DNA of 64,000 nt from Candidatus Aenigmatarchaeota archaeon (GCA_038997165.1 JAWBAK010000001.1:472917-536916); one strand, 5' to 3'. Counted from the stretch's first letter, positions 26,111-35,469 are shown. The notes: generated by a model from the sequence alone, not told the origin. A program made the numbers and translations.

Positions 26111-27239
26111 TTGCAAAATATAGCTAGTGTTGGAACCCATTTAATTCCTTCTAGTGATAATGCTTTTGATTTAGGTAGTTTAACTAATAGATGGAGATGG
26201 GTTAATGCAACTAATATAAATGCAACTCAATCAATAAGAGCTTCTCAAATTTGTATAGGAAATGATTGTAGAAGTGCATGGCCAACTTTAGTAGAAACTG
26301 ATCCATATTGGAATTCAAATATAACTGCTATTTCAGCTAATTATTTAATTAAAAGAAGTCCAACCGGTATAGCTCAATCGATAATTTACGATACAGGAAC
26401 AAATGTTGGAATTGGAACAACTTCACCAAGCTATAAATTAGATGTAGTTGGAGATATAAGAAGTACAGGAAGTGTGATAACTTCAATTGTAAAAGCAGAG
26501 GCTCCTTATACTTACGTGGGACAGGCAGATAATCTATTAGGAGTGGCTAGACTTATGCCTAATGCTTTCGGTTTTAATCCACCTTATAAAGTTGAAGAAT
26601 ATAACCCAGGAAGTGGTACGTGGAACGACATAACCCAAAATTACACTTGGGGATATATCACAGATTTAAGGGGAACAGAAGTGGCAATTCCATTGGCAGC
26701 TAATGTAGATAAGACTATTAGATTTTACTTTAATATAGGAGGCTGGAGTGGGGGAGATCTAACTGCCATTGTATTATATGCAAGATGGATAAACAGCCTA
26801 AAACAAGTAAAGGTTGAATCTTCGACAACTTCAGATTTCTCAAGTGGAGTAACCACAAGATTAGATTGGAACGGAAATATAGGACATTGGGATGAGGTAA
26901 CTCTTTGGCGCTTGACAAGTAGAACTGGCGGTGATACTTATATTAGAGTCACTTTCACTTTTATGAGAACAAGTGATGGAGAAATAAGGATAAGGGAGCT
27001 AATGGGATTAAGTTATGCGGCTGTCGGTAGAATATTTGAAGGATATGTTCCATATAGTTGGGATCACAATAAAAATGTTTTCTTTTTGGGTAATGTTGGA
27101 ATAGGAACTACTTCACCAGTTAGAAAATTAGATGTAGTTGGAGATATTAATGCAACTCAAGCAATTTATTCAAGCCAAGGATATTATGTTGGCACCTATC
27201 AAATAATAACTTCTGGAAGAGTATTACAAAATATAGCTA
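25260..27239 (+). repeat. Module R: ~139-bp near-identical repeat (25260-25398 ~ 27101-27239, 4 mismatches seen)
   Basis: Constant offset 1841. Confidence 0.88.
25400..26392 (+). repeat. Module S: 265-bp identical direct repeat (25400-25664 = 26128-26392)
   Basis: Constant offset 728. Confidence 0.9.
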
Positions 27240-28453
27240 GTGTTGGAACTAATTTAATTCCTTCTAGTGATAATTCTTATGATTTAGGTAATTCAACTCA
27301 TAGATGGAGAGCTGTTTATGCAAGTGGATATTATATTGGCGCTACTCAAATAATTGATAGTAATAGAAATTTGGTTAATATTAATCAAATTATTGCTGAT
27401 GGTCCAATGAACATAGATAGTGGAACTTTATATGTAGATTCGGCTAATGATAGAGTTGGAATTGGAACGGCAAGTCCAACAGCAAAACTAGACGTAAGAG
27501 GAAATATTATTCTTATTTCTCCCGATAGTGGAATATATGCATATGAAATGAGAAGAACAGATGAGGATAATAATTTACATTGGTGGAGAATATGGCATAT
27601 GAACAATAATTATAGAAAGAATGCACTAGAAATTTGGGAGTATTTAGCTAATACCTCTTATGATTCAAACCCGTGTAATAATAATCCTGGAGATATATGC
27701 GCTCCTCGAATTATTATTACTAGTGGAGGTAACGTTGGAATAGGAGGTATAGTTCCAAGCTATAGATTAGATGTAGCAGGAGATATAAGAGGTCAAAATA
27801 ATTTGTATGTTTCTGGAAATGTTGGTATTGGAACAACAAATCCACAAGGAAAATTACATGTTTATGATGGAACAAAAGAGTTGATGAAAGTTGTTAATGA
27901 TGCTGATGTTAGTGGTATTGTTGTTGGTAGTGCTGAGGGGGGAAGACATTTAATAATTAATGATGTTCCTCAAGCACGATGGGCTTTAGCTACTGGTGAT
28001 TATGATTTGTCTTTTCAGAATGATTATGGTGGAATATGGAATACAAGAATGATAATTACTGAAAGTGGTAATGTTGGTATAGGAACTACAGCACCTAATA
28101 CGTTACTTCATCTTTACAAAACTGATGGAGTTGAATTAAGAACGGAGAGTGATTGGAATTATGCAATTTTTAGAGTAAAAGTTGGTAGTAATATGGGATG
28201 GTTTGGACGAGGTATTGGATGGAGTGGAATAGGATTATATAATGATCAAGGAGGAGGTATTTTATATCTTGCAGATATAACAGGCAATGTTGGTATTGGG
28301 ACTCTTTCTCCATCAGAAAAATTACATGTTATGGGAAATATAAGAACTTCTGGAAATATAACTATTGAAGGTAATTTTATAAAGGATTCTTCCAATATAA
28401 ACAGAATCCAGTTTGATGCTATAAATAGAAATGTAATAATTTGGGTTGGTTAA
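25802..28453 (+). CDS. Secreted tail-fibre-like beta-repeat protein B with inserted globular domains
   Basis: Signal peptide; eight G(N/R)VGIG-type repeats separated by unique Trp-rich inserts. Confidence 0.75.
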   Translation: MKTKNFYIVLFLIFIFINIYKLDLVSSQVYKDFIIRNISNTSTVYFIVNGTTGRVGIGLINPQYKLDVSGDVRVSGNLFVTSGINIGGDLSIGGNIVITSGRVLQNIASVGTHLIPSSDNAFDLGSLTNRWRWVNATNINATQSIRASQICIGNDCRSAWPTLVETDPYWNSNITAISANYLIKRSPTGIAQSIIYDTGTNVGIGTTSPSYKLDVVGDIRSTGSVITSIVKAEAPYTYVGQADNLLGVARLMPNAFGFNPPYKVEEYNPGSGTWNDITQNYTWGYITDLRGTEVAIPLAANVDKTIRFYFNIGGWSGGDLTAIVLYARWINSLKQVKVESSTTSDFSSGVTTRLDWNGNIGHWDEVTLWRLTSRTGGDTYIRVTFTFMRTSDGEIRIRELMGLSYAAVGRIFEGYVPYSWDHNKNVFFLGNVGIGTTSPVRKLDVVGDINATQAIYSSQGYYVGTYQIITSGRVLQNIASVGTNLIPSSDNSYDLGNSTHRWRAVYASGYYIGATQIIDSNRNLVNINQIIADGPMNIDSGTLYVDSANDRVGIGTASPTAKLDVRGNIILISPDSGIYAYEMRRTDEDNNLHWWRIWHMNNNYRKNALEIWEYLANTSYDSNPCNNNPGDICAPRIIITSGGNVGIGGIVPSYRLDVAGDIRGQNNLYVSGNVGIGTTNPQGKLHVYDGTKELMKVVNDADVSGIVVGSAEGGRHLIINDVPQARWALATGDYDLSFQNDYGGIWNTRMIITESGNVGIGTTAPNTLLHLYKTDGVELRTESDWNYAIFRVKVGSNMGWFGRGIGWSGIGLYNDQGGGILYLADITGNVGIGTLSPSEKLHVMGNIRTSGNITIEGNFIKDSSNINRIQFDAINRNVIIWVG

Positions 28454-29726
28454 AATGTTAGGTAAAAAATTTATTATTATAATAGTTATTTTTGCGACTT
28501 TTTCATTAGTATATTTAAATTTATTTACAACATCTATCGAATCTTTTTTACTAATAAAAAATGATAATAAAAAAATTTTAAATGAAAAAATAAATAGTAA
28601 TTTAAGTTATTTTCAGGATTTAAAAACTATTGTTTTTTCAGATTTAGATCCAATATTTTGTAATATTAATTTTAATCCTCCATGGTTTGTTGTATATAAT
28701 AATGATGGTGGCTACTTAATTATTATAAGTTCGGAAGGAAATTTATTCATTAATACAACTTCTAATCTTATTATAACATCTTCTGTTAGACAAACTGGAT
28801 GGCTAAATGCATTTATTTTAAGAAATTCTTCTCATATTCTTTTTGCAGCTAATAGAACTCACACTCAAATTTATGGTGGATTTGTAGAAAATGTAAATCC
28901 AATACCAACTACAAATAGTTTTGTAGTGAGAAATCTTTCTAATAATGTTGTTTTAGCTATTTTTAATTCTTCAGATGGAAAATTTTATTTAAGAGGAAAA
29001 GCAGTATATACTGGAAGTCAAGCTGGATGTCCCTCTGATGGTTGGTATTGTTCAGGAGATATTCGTGAATATAGAGATTATTATTGTTATGCTCCTTCTG
29101 GTTCTTGTAGATATACTGTAACTCAATCTGAAAATTGTAATAATTATGATGTTTGTCTTAATTATGGAAATAATGCGGGCTGTGGCTCAGATCCCACTGC
29201 AGAAAAAAGAGATTATTATTGTTCTAATGGTGCTTGTGTATATACTTATTCTAGTGTAAATTGTGATAGCTATGATATTTGTACAAATGTATGTGGTGGT
29301 GACAATAAGATATATTCTTATAAAGATTATTATGTCTCTTCTTCTTGTACTTGTACTTATTCTTTAGGATCCTTAGTAGAAGATTGTACAACAAAAGCAT
29401 CTACTGATACAGATGGAGGAGATGCTCCATTTACTCAAGGAACTGTAACAGATTATGTAGGTTGTAGTGGAACAAGCTCAACTTGTAATGTTTATAATAC
29501 TTATACGGATTATTGTTCTAGTAGTACAACTTTAGTAGAATATTATCCGAGCGGTAGTAGTTATGGAAGTAAAACGTATGATTGCTCTGTATTTTGGACT
29601 TGTGATATTTGTTATGGGCAACAAGGTTTGCGATATGCTTGTTATGCATGTATTACAGGAAAATGTGCTGGTGGATGTAGTAATTCACCAGTTTCTGGTT
29701 ATACGTGTATAAATTGTGTAATATAA
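28446..29726 (+). CDS. Membrane-anchored/secreted Cys-rich surface protein (likely ATG 28455)
   Basis: N-terminal TM; F(I/V)(L/V)RN beta repeats; C-terminal half with repeated RDYYC...C.Y and DTDGGD motif. Confidence 0.65.
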   Translation: MVKMLGKKFIIIIVIFATFSLVYLNLFTTSIESFLLIKNDNKKILNEKINSNLSYFQDLKTIVFSDLDPIFCNINFNPPWFVVYNNDGGYLIIISSEGNLFINTTSNLIITSSVRQTGWLNAFILRNSSHILFAANRTHTQIYGGFVENVNPIPTTNSFVVRNLSNNVVLAIFNSSDGKFYLRGKAVYTGSQAGCPSDGWYCSGDIREYRDYYCYAPSGSCRYTVTQSENCNNYDVCLNYGNNAGCGSDPTAEKRDYYCSNGACVYTYSSVNCDSYDICTNVCGGDNKIYSYKDYYVSSSCTCTYSLGSLVEDCTTKASTDTDGGDAPFTQGTVTDYVGCSGTSSTCNVYNTYTDYCSSSTTLVEYYPSGSSYGSKTYDCSVFWTCDICYGQQGLRYACYACITGKCAGGCSNSPVSGYTCINCVI

Positions 29727-29810
29727 ATTTGTTTAGATTATAATAAAATAAAATACTTTGTTTATTAATTTTGATAAAATTTTTAAAACAAATTTTTAAA
29801 ATTTAAATAT

Positions 29811-29984
29811 ATTTTACAAGCTAATATATAGTTACATTCTCGTTTTAAAGAAAAATCATTTATAATCACAACTAAATTTATTAATACAACTTTAATTTTT
29901 TATTGTAAATAACATTAATGAATTCTAAATTCTTTTTTCTTTAAAACTTTACTTTCTCTCATCAATTTTCTGCTTTAATTTTTT
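29811..29984 (-). pseudogene. Decayed duplicate of the SWIM zinc-finger gene at 33747-33998
   Basis: attttacaagctaatatatagttacattctcg..ttttaaagaaaaatcatttataatcacaactaaatt aligns to 33775-33845; contains indels and an internal deletion. Confidence 0.8.
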
Positions 29985-30289
29985 AGTTCAAAAGCAATCT
30001 ATGTAATCTAAATTGGTAGCAATTTTCTTTACTTAAACATTAGATTTTATTGCTACTATCTAACGTCTAAAGTTAAACAATTATTTCGAAACAAGTTCTC
30101 TAAATTGTACTTCAATAAATAATTAAAAAGATAAAAGGTATAGAAAAGGAAAAGTTAAGTAAACTTAACTTTATTTTTCTAAAAAGTTTCTATCCTTACA
30201 AAAAATCTAGAAAGATAATATTGCATATAATAATTTAATAATTTAGACTATTCAAAAATTAACATAATATTCATAAACTCAAAAAAGAG

Positions 30290-30686
30290 CAAGCCAAATA
30301 GAAGCAAACTTATCAGAAATGAAAAACTTAGATAATGATTTATCAAAAATTGCTTTATTGCTAGTAAAAACAAGTAAAGAAAATATCAAGCAATTCAAAA
30401 CTTTATGCTAATAAATGATAGCACAACAATGACATACGAAATATCAGTTTATTTATTAAACGATGATATTAAATATTTTAAAAAACAAAGAATTTACTTT
30501 TTTGAAAATTATAGAACACCGATTACTGGACACATAGATATTTTACAGATAAGAAATGGTTTAATTCACATTTTAGATTATAAGCCAAATGCTGAAAAAG
30601 TAAATGCAATTAATCAATTAACAATTTACGCTTTGGCCTTAGCAAGCAGAACAAAACTTGCCGTTAAAGATTTTAAATGTGCTTGA
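30290..30686 (+). pseudogene. PD-(D/E)XK nuclease family remnant
   Basis: TGHIDILQIRNGLIHILDYKP...QLTIYALAL motif; upstream coding signal in another frame; ends abruptly at CA-TGA. Confidence 0.65.
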
Positions 30687-30881
30687 GTTAATCCAATAGA
30701 AAATTTTCATCACAATTGAAAAAAGTATCTCAACAGAAGGTTAACTTGTTAAAAATAACAAAGCTAAAGAGACAATTGACTGATAAGCTTGCTGAAAATT
30801 TCAAAATGCTGGGTTTGATGATAAAATTTGTTTTGAATTTTTTTTCCTTTACATGCCGTTTTAACTTTATTTTGATAGCGT

Positions 30882-32159
30882 TTAATCTTGTTTTAACAAC
30901 CATTTCCATAAAGGTATGCATTTAATTTTTTTGTTTTCAAAATTTAACTCATCTTCATAATCCCAAGTAATTATTAATAAATCTTCGCATTTTAATAATT
31001 CACTTGCTTTAATTAATGCCCTTATTTCTCTTTTTTCTATTTCATCTTTATTAGATGCATATGTTACTTGAATTAATTGCTTAATCTTTAACCCTTCTTT
31101 AATTACAAAATCTACTTCATACTCATTAGTTTTAAAATAATATATTTTGCTTAGTGGTCTATAGTTCGTGCTTCTGAGTAATTCTAAGTAAACTGTATTT
31201 TCCATCTTTTTTCCAAAATCTTTTTCAAATCTAACTAAATTAGATAAACCTAAATCACAAATATAAATTTTGTTTGGCCAGCTTTTTCTTTCATATAAAC
31301 TTTTTCTAAATTTTTCTACACAAAAGCAAAAAAATATATCGGAAATTTTATCGAAATAATTATAAATAGTCGATTTTGTTTCAACTTTTAGGTTTGAAGT
31401 TACATAGTTAGCTATTTTCCTTATACTAATCTCTTTTGAAAAATTTTGAAGAATAAATTCAAAAATTAAAGATGCCACATTTATACTTTTTATACCAAAC
31501 CTTTCAACAAAATCTCTATAGAAAATTAAATCGAAATATTCTTTAAGAAGTTTTTCTTTTTTCTCAAAAAATAATACAACTTCTGGATATCCACCCCATT
31601 CTAAGAATTCTTCTAAAAGTTTCTTTATTTTTATTTCCTCATCTAGAGAAATAAATTGCTTTATTTGTATTTCTTTAAACTTTAAAAATTCTCTAAAGCT
31701 TAATGGTAATAAAATATAGCTTAGGCTTCTTCCTCTAAGTTGCGTTGCAATTTCCTTAGAAAGCAGTTTTGAAGAAGAACCTGAAATAAAAACATAATAT
31801 CCCATATCAAGTAGTGATCGAACTAAGGATTCCCAACTATTAATTACTTGAATTTCATCCAAAAAAATATTTTTAACCTTTTCATTAAAATAATTTTCAT
31901 AAATTCTCACTATTTTTAAAATTTCTTCTGGAGTAACATTTCTGAATGCAATATTTTCAAAATCGAAATAAATACTTTCACTTTCCTTAGAAAATAGTTT
32001 AAGTAAGAAATATGATTTTCCAGCTCTTCTTGGTCCAATTATGCTTATTACTTTATTTTTTATCTTTTCTACTTTTAACTCTCTTTCTATAATTTTTTCT
32101 TTTTCTATCCTTTCTTTAATAGATTTAAAGAATTCTATTACTAGTTTTTCATCAAACAT
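30882..32159 (-). CDS. AAA+ ATPase (AAA_14 + DUF4143 type)
   Basis: GPRRAGKS Walker A, FLDEIQ Walker B, SGSSS, LRGR, GGYPE, KIYICDLG, MENTV, EVDFV. Confidence 0.9.
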   Translation of the reverse strand: MFDEKLVIEFFKSIKERIEKEKIIERELKVEKIKNKVISIIGPRRAGKSYFLLKLFSKESESIYFDFENIAFRNVTPEEILKIVRIYENYFNEKVKNIFLDEIQVINSWESLVRSLLDMGYYVFISGSSSKLLSKEIATQLRGRSLSYILLPLSFREFLKFKEIQIKQFISLDEEIKIKKLLEEFLEWGGYPEVVLFFEKKEKLLKEYFDLIFYRDFVERFGIKSINVASLIFEFILQNFSKEISIRKIANYVTSNLKVETKSTIYNYFDKISDIFFCFCVEKFRKSLYERKSWPNKIYICDLGLSNLVRFEKDFGKKMENTVYLELLRSTNYRPLSKIYYFKTNEYEVDFVIKEGLKIKQLIQVTYASNKDEIEKREIRALIKASELLKCEDLLIITWDYEDELNFENKKIKCIPLWKWLLKQD

Positions 32160-32396
32160 AATAATTATTATGACATTTTAATTTAAATTTGTCATAGTGA
32201 TTATGACATTTTACATATAATTGCTTTTTGCTTCTAATACTAACCATTTCCATAAAGGTATGCATTTAATTTTTTTGTTTTCAAAATTTAACTCATCTTC
32301 ATAATCCCAAGTAATTATTAATAAATCTTCGCATTTTAATAATTCACTTGCTTTAATTAATGCCCTTATTTCTCTTTTTTCTATTTCATCTTTATT
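30898..32396. repeat. 155-bp identical repeat shared by the 3' ends of the two ATPase paralogues (30898-31052 = 32242-32396)
   Basis: Constant offset 1344; identical encoded peptide NKDEIEKREIRAL...CIPLWKW. Confidence 0.88.
32167..32213. promoter_or_regulatory. Operator-like repeats around the ATPase promoter
   Basis: ATTATGACATTTTA twice (32167-32180, 32200-32213) and palindrome TGTCATA-N5-TATGACA (32190-32208) flanking TTTAAA. Confidence 0.6.
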
Positions 32397-33477
32397 TGAA
32401 GCATAAGTTACTTGAATTAGCTGTTTAATTTCTAAGCCTTCTTTAATTACAAAATCTACTTCGTTTTGCTGATAATCTTTAAAGTAAAAAATTTCAATTA
32501 GTGGATAAATATTTGTTTTTCTAAGTAATTCTAAAAATACACAATTTTCCATTAATTTTCCTATATCTTGTGAAAACCTTACTAAAACTGAAATTCCTGT
32601 ATCAACAATATATACTTTTTTTGGCCAGCTCCTTCTAATATAAACACTTTTTGAAAATTTCTCAACAAAAAAATATCTTGTAATTTATCAATATAATCGT
32701 AAAGAGTCCTATTAGTAAAACTGACCCTTTCTTTTATATTTTTTCCTATTTTATTTATACTAATTTCTTTTCCAAAATTTTGAAAAATAAATTCAAATAA
32801 AAATCTTCCTAGCTCAAAACTTTTAATTTTATGTCTTTCAACAAAATCAGAAAGAAATATTTCATCAAAATATCTTTTTAACAATTTTTCTTTTTCATCA
32901 CTAAAAACAACTTCTGGATATCCACCTTCTTTTAAATACCTATCTAAAAGCCTTAATAACTTACCTCTTTCTTCAAAAATATAATATTCTTTAATTTCAA
33001 ATTTATTGGCAATTAAAAATTCTCTAAAGCTAAATGGTAATAATAGATAACTTATTGTTCTTCCTCTTAATTGGGTTGCTATTTCTTTTGGTAATAATTT
33101 AGACGAAGAGCCAGTAATAAAAATTCTATAATCTCTATCAATTAAAGTTCTTACTAAGCTTTCCCAATCCTCAACAAGTTGGATTTCATCAAGTAGAAGA
33201 GTTTTTGGAGAAAATCCCTTAACTTCAACAAAAATCTTTAAAATTTCGAAAAAATCTCCCACTTTAATATTTCTAAAAGCTAAATCTTCAAAATTTACAT
33301 AAAGAGAATCCTGGTAGAATTATTTAAAAGATAAAGCATATACCATGTTTTTCCACCTCTTCTTGGTCCTAAAATAGAAATTGCTTTATCTTTAACATCC
33401 TTTACTTCTAACTCTCTTTTAATTCCTCTAAATTTTCTTTCCCTTAGGAAATAATCCTTTATTAATTCTTTGTTTAT
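32211..33477 (-). pseudogene. Frameshifted AAA+ ATPase (AAA_14 + DUF4143) paralogue
   Basis: Three frames join to one protein: GPRRGGKT (~33350), LLDEIQ/GGYPE (32582-33262 ORF), KVYIVDTG...MENCV; frameshifts near 33320 and 32670; no ATG at the expected start. Confidence 0.85.
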
Positions 33478-33746
33478 AATAATATAAATTTTTAATAAAA
33501 TTTATATCTTAGAAATATATAACTAAATTTTTGCATTATTAAGTTTATTACTAGCTTTATTAATGTTTTCCCTATTTTTAAATGTTTATACTAATAGTTT
33601 AAAGATTTAAATAATAATTATACTAGAAGTAAAAACAGCCAGTTATCATAGGAAAATTATCAAAATTATATTTTTATCAATTATTTCACAAAGTATACGT
33701 TAAATCTTTATTATTTAGAGCGGAAGTTACTTTAGTTATTTTTTAT

Positions 33747-33998
33747 TTATTGGTAAAAATTATTTTTCATAAAAATTTTGCAAGCTAATATATGGCTACA
33801 TTCTTGTTTTTTAAGGGAAAACCATTTACAATCACAACTAAATTCATTTTTAATTTTATCATAAATAACGTAATGAATATCTTTATCTCCTTTAACAGTA
33901 AAGTGAATTCTAAATTCATTTTCAAAATCTTTTAAAACTCTACCTTCTCTTACTAATCTTCTTGCTTTAATTTTTTTCCATATTGCTTTAACACTCAT
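33747..33998 (-). CDS. SWIM zinc-finger protein (probable start MSVKAIW)
   Basis: FSCDC...ECSHILA (CxC-n-CxH). Confidence 0.8.
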   Translation of the reverse strand: MSVKAIWKKIKARRLVREGRVLKDFENEFRIHFTVKGDKDIHYVIYDKIKNEFSCDCKWFSLKKQECSHILACKIFMKNNFYQ

Positions 33999-34005
33999 AA
34001 TTTTT

Positions 34006-34689
34006 TTAAATTTTATGTAAATAAGAAATGCCCAAAATTCCAAAAAAATTACAAAAATATGAAATAAGAATAAAAGATTTAGTTTCTTGGTTTGTTAATC
34101 CAAGAAGAGCAACTCCAAATTCATCTGGCAGAGGCGATGCTATAATTATTATTGCCAAAATTTTTATTAAAAAATTATAAATTTTTGATGAATAAACTTT
34201 ATTCATCATTAATTTAAATCTGAAAGAAAAAATTAAATTAGAAAATGGAAATATTCTATAGAAAATTGAATCTTTAAAATAAAATTTGTTATTTATATCT
34301 TCCCAAATCAATTTTATTTCTTCTTTTAAATTAACTTTTACAAATCTAAAAATCAAATAATCTCCAATAACACTTCCTAAAGCTCCTATACTTGCTATGA
34401 TAAATGGATTTAGCACTTTTCCAAAAGAGTAAAAAATGGCAATTGATGGAGCTACAGATAAACTAAATGCATAAAAAATTCCACAAATAAAAATTCCTAA
34501 ATAACTTAAATTTCCTACTTCTTTTGCAAAATTATCAATTACTTTGCTTTTGATCAAAAAGATTCCAAAAATTATGCTTATTAATAAAAGGGTTAGATTT
34601 TTATATCTCCACTCTAGTTTTTTAAGTTTTCTAATAACTTTTTCAATAGATTTCTCTCTTTTTCTATCAATAAAAGAATATTTTTTCAT
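34006..34689 (-). CDS. Membrane protein, DedA/VTT-like
   Basis: Multi-TM; GALGSVIGDYLIFRF, ASPLPDE. Confidence 0.55.
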   Translation of the reverse strand: MKKYSFIDRKREKSIEKVIRKLKKLEWRYKNLTLLLISIIFGIFLIKSKVIDNFAKEVGNLSYLGIFICGIFYAFSLSVAPSIAIFYSFGKVLNPFIIASIGALGSVIGDYLIFRFVKVNLKEEIKLIWEDINNKFYFKDSIFYRIFPFSNLIFSFRFKLMMNKVYSSKIYNFLIKILAIIIIASPLPDEFGVALLGLTNQETKSFILISYFCNFFGILGISYLHKI

Positions 34690-34697
34690 GAAATTTA

Positions 34698-35417
34698 TTA
34701 ATCTTTTACAGTATAATATAATCTTTTTCTATCTTTTCCTCTATTTTCAATTTTTAGAATTTCTATTCTTCCAATTTCTTTAGTATTTTTTACATGTGGT
34801 CCACCATCTGCTTGTATATCTATATTTGGGATTTCAACAATTCTTATTTTTTCAATATTTGGTAAACTTCTATTAGCTAGTTTAACAATTCCAGGAATTT
34901 TTAATGCCTCTTCTCTAGGTAACCAATAAATTTTTATTTCAATTCCTTTTTTAATTATTTCATTAGCTTCATTTATAATTTCTTCAAAAATTTTTTTAAC
35001 TTTATTCATGTCTCCTTCTATTGAATAATCATCTTTTGCATATTCATAATTAATATCACCACCAGTAACTAAAGCTTTATATTTTTCATATAATAATGCA
35101 GAAATTATATGAGCTGAAGTATGTAATTTCATTTTTCTATATCTTTTTTCCCAATCAATTTCACCTTTTATTATATCGTTAACTTTAAAACTTGGAATTC
35201 TATTCAAAATATGAATTGTTTCATTATCTTTTTTAGAAGCAGTTACTTCATATTTTTCATTATTAAAATAAATAAATCCGCTATCAGCTTGTATTCCACC
35301 ACTTCCATTATGAAAAGCGGTTTGATCCAAAATTATTTCATTATTATTTATTTCTAAAACTTTTGCTTCAAATTCTTTAATATAGCTATCTTCTTGATAT
35401 AAAAGTTTTGTTCTCAT
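34698..35417 (-). CDS. alaXM: Alanyl-tRNA editing protein AlaX-M
   Basis: LYQEDSY, LDQTAF..GGI, HTSAH, DGGPHV. Confidence 0.9.
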   Translation of the reverse strand: MRTKLLYQEDSYIKEFEAKVLEINNNEIILDQTAFHNGSGGIQADSGFIYFNNEKYEVTASKKDNETIHILNRIPSFKVNDIIKGEIDWEKRYRKMKLHTSAHIISALLYEKYKALVTGGDINYEYAKDDYSIEGDMNKVKKIFEEIINEANEIIKKGIEIKIYWLPREEALKIPGIVKLANRSLPNIEKIRIVEIPNIDIQADGGPHVKNTKEIGRIEILKIENRGKDRKRLYYTVKD

Positions 35418-35469
35418 AAATAATTGGATATGATATATATTTTTAAGTTAAGATAAAAAATAATATTAA

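Larger units (their letters stand above)
24235..27361 (+). repeat. Module Q (with junction): 137-bp identical direct repeat (24235-24371 = 27225-27361)
   Basis: Base-by-base comparison by eye, constant offset 2990. Confidence 0.9.

Noticed and set aside
23131..29726. Provirus or diversity-generating retroelement explanation for the fibre genes
   Set aside because: No capsid/terminase/portal genes and the proteins have signal peptides; no reverse transcriptase in the window, and the few repeat mismatches are not adenine-specific
30683..30690. TGA as a possible recoded Trp in the nuclease fragment
   Set aside because: TGA ends many intact genes here and the fragment is otherwise decayed; a nonsense mutation is the simpler explanation
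30716..30925. Short ORFs on both strands
   Set aside because: No motifs; lie in decayed sequence overlapping the ATPase 3' end
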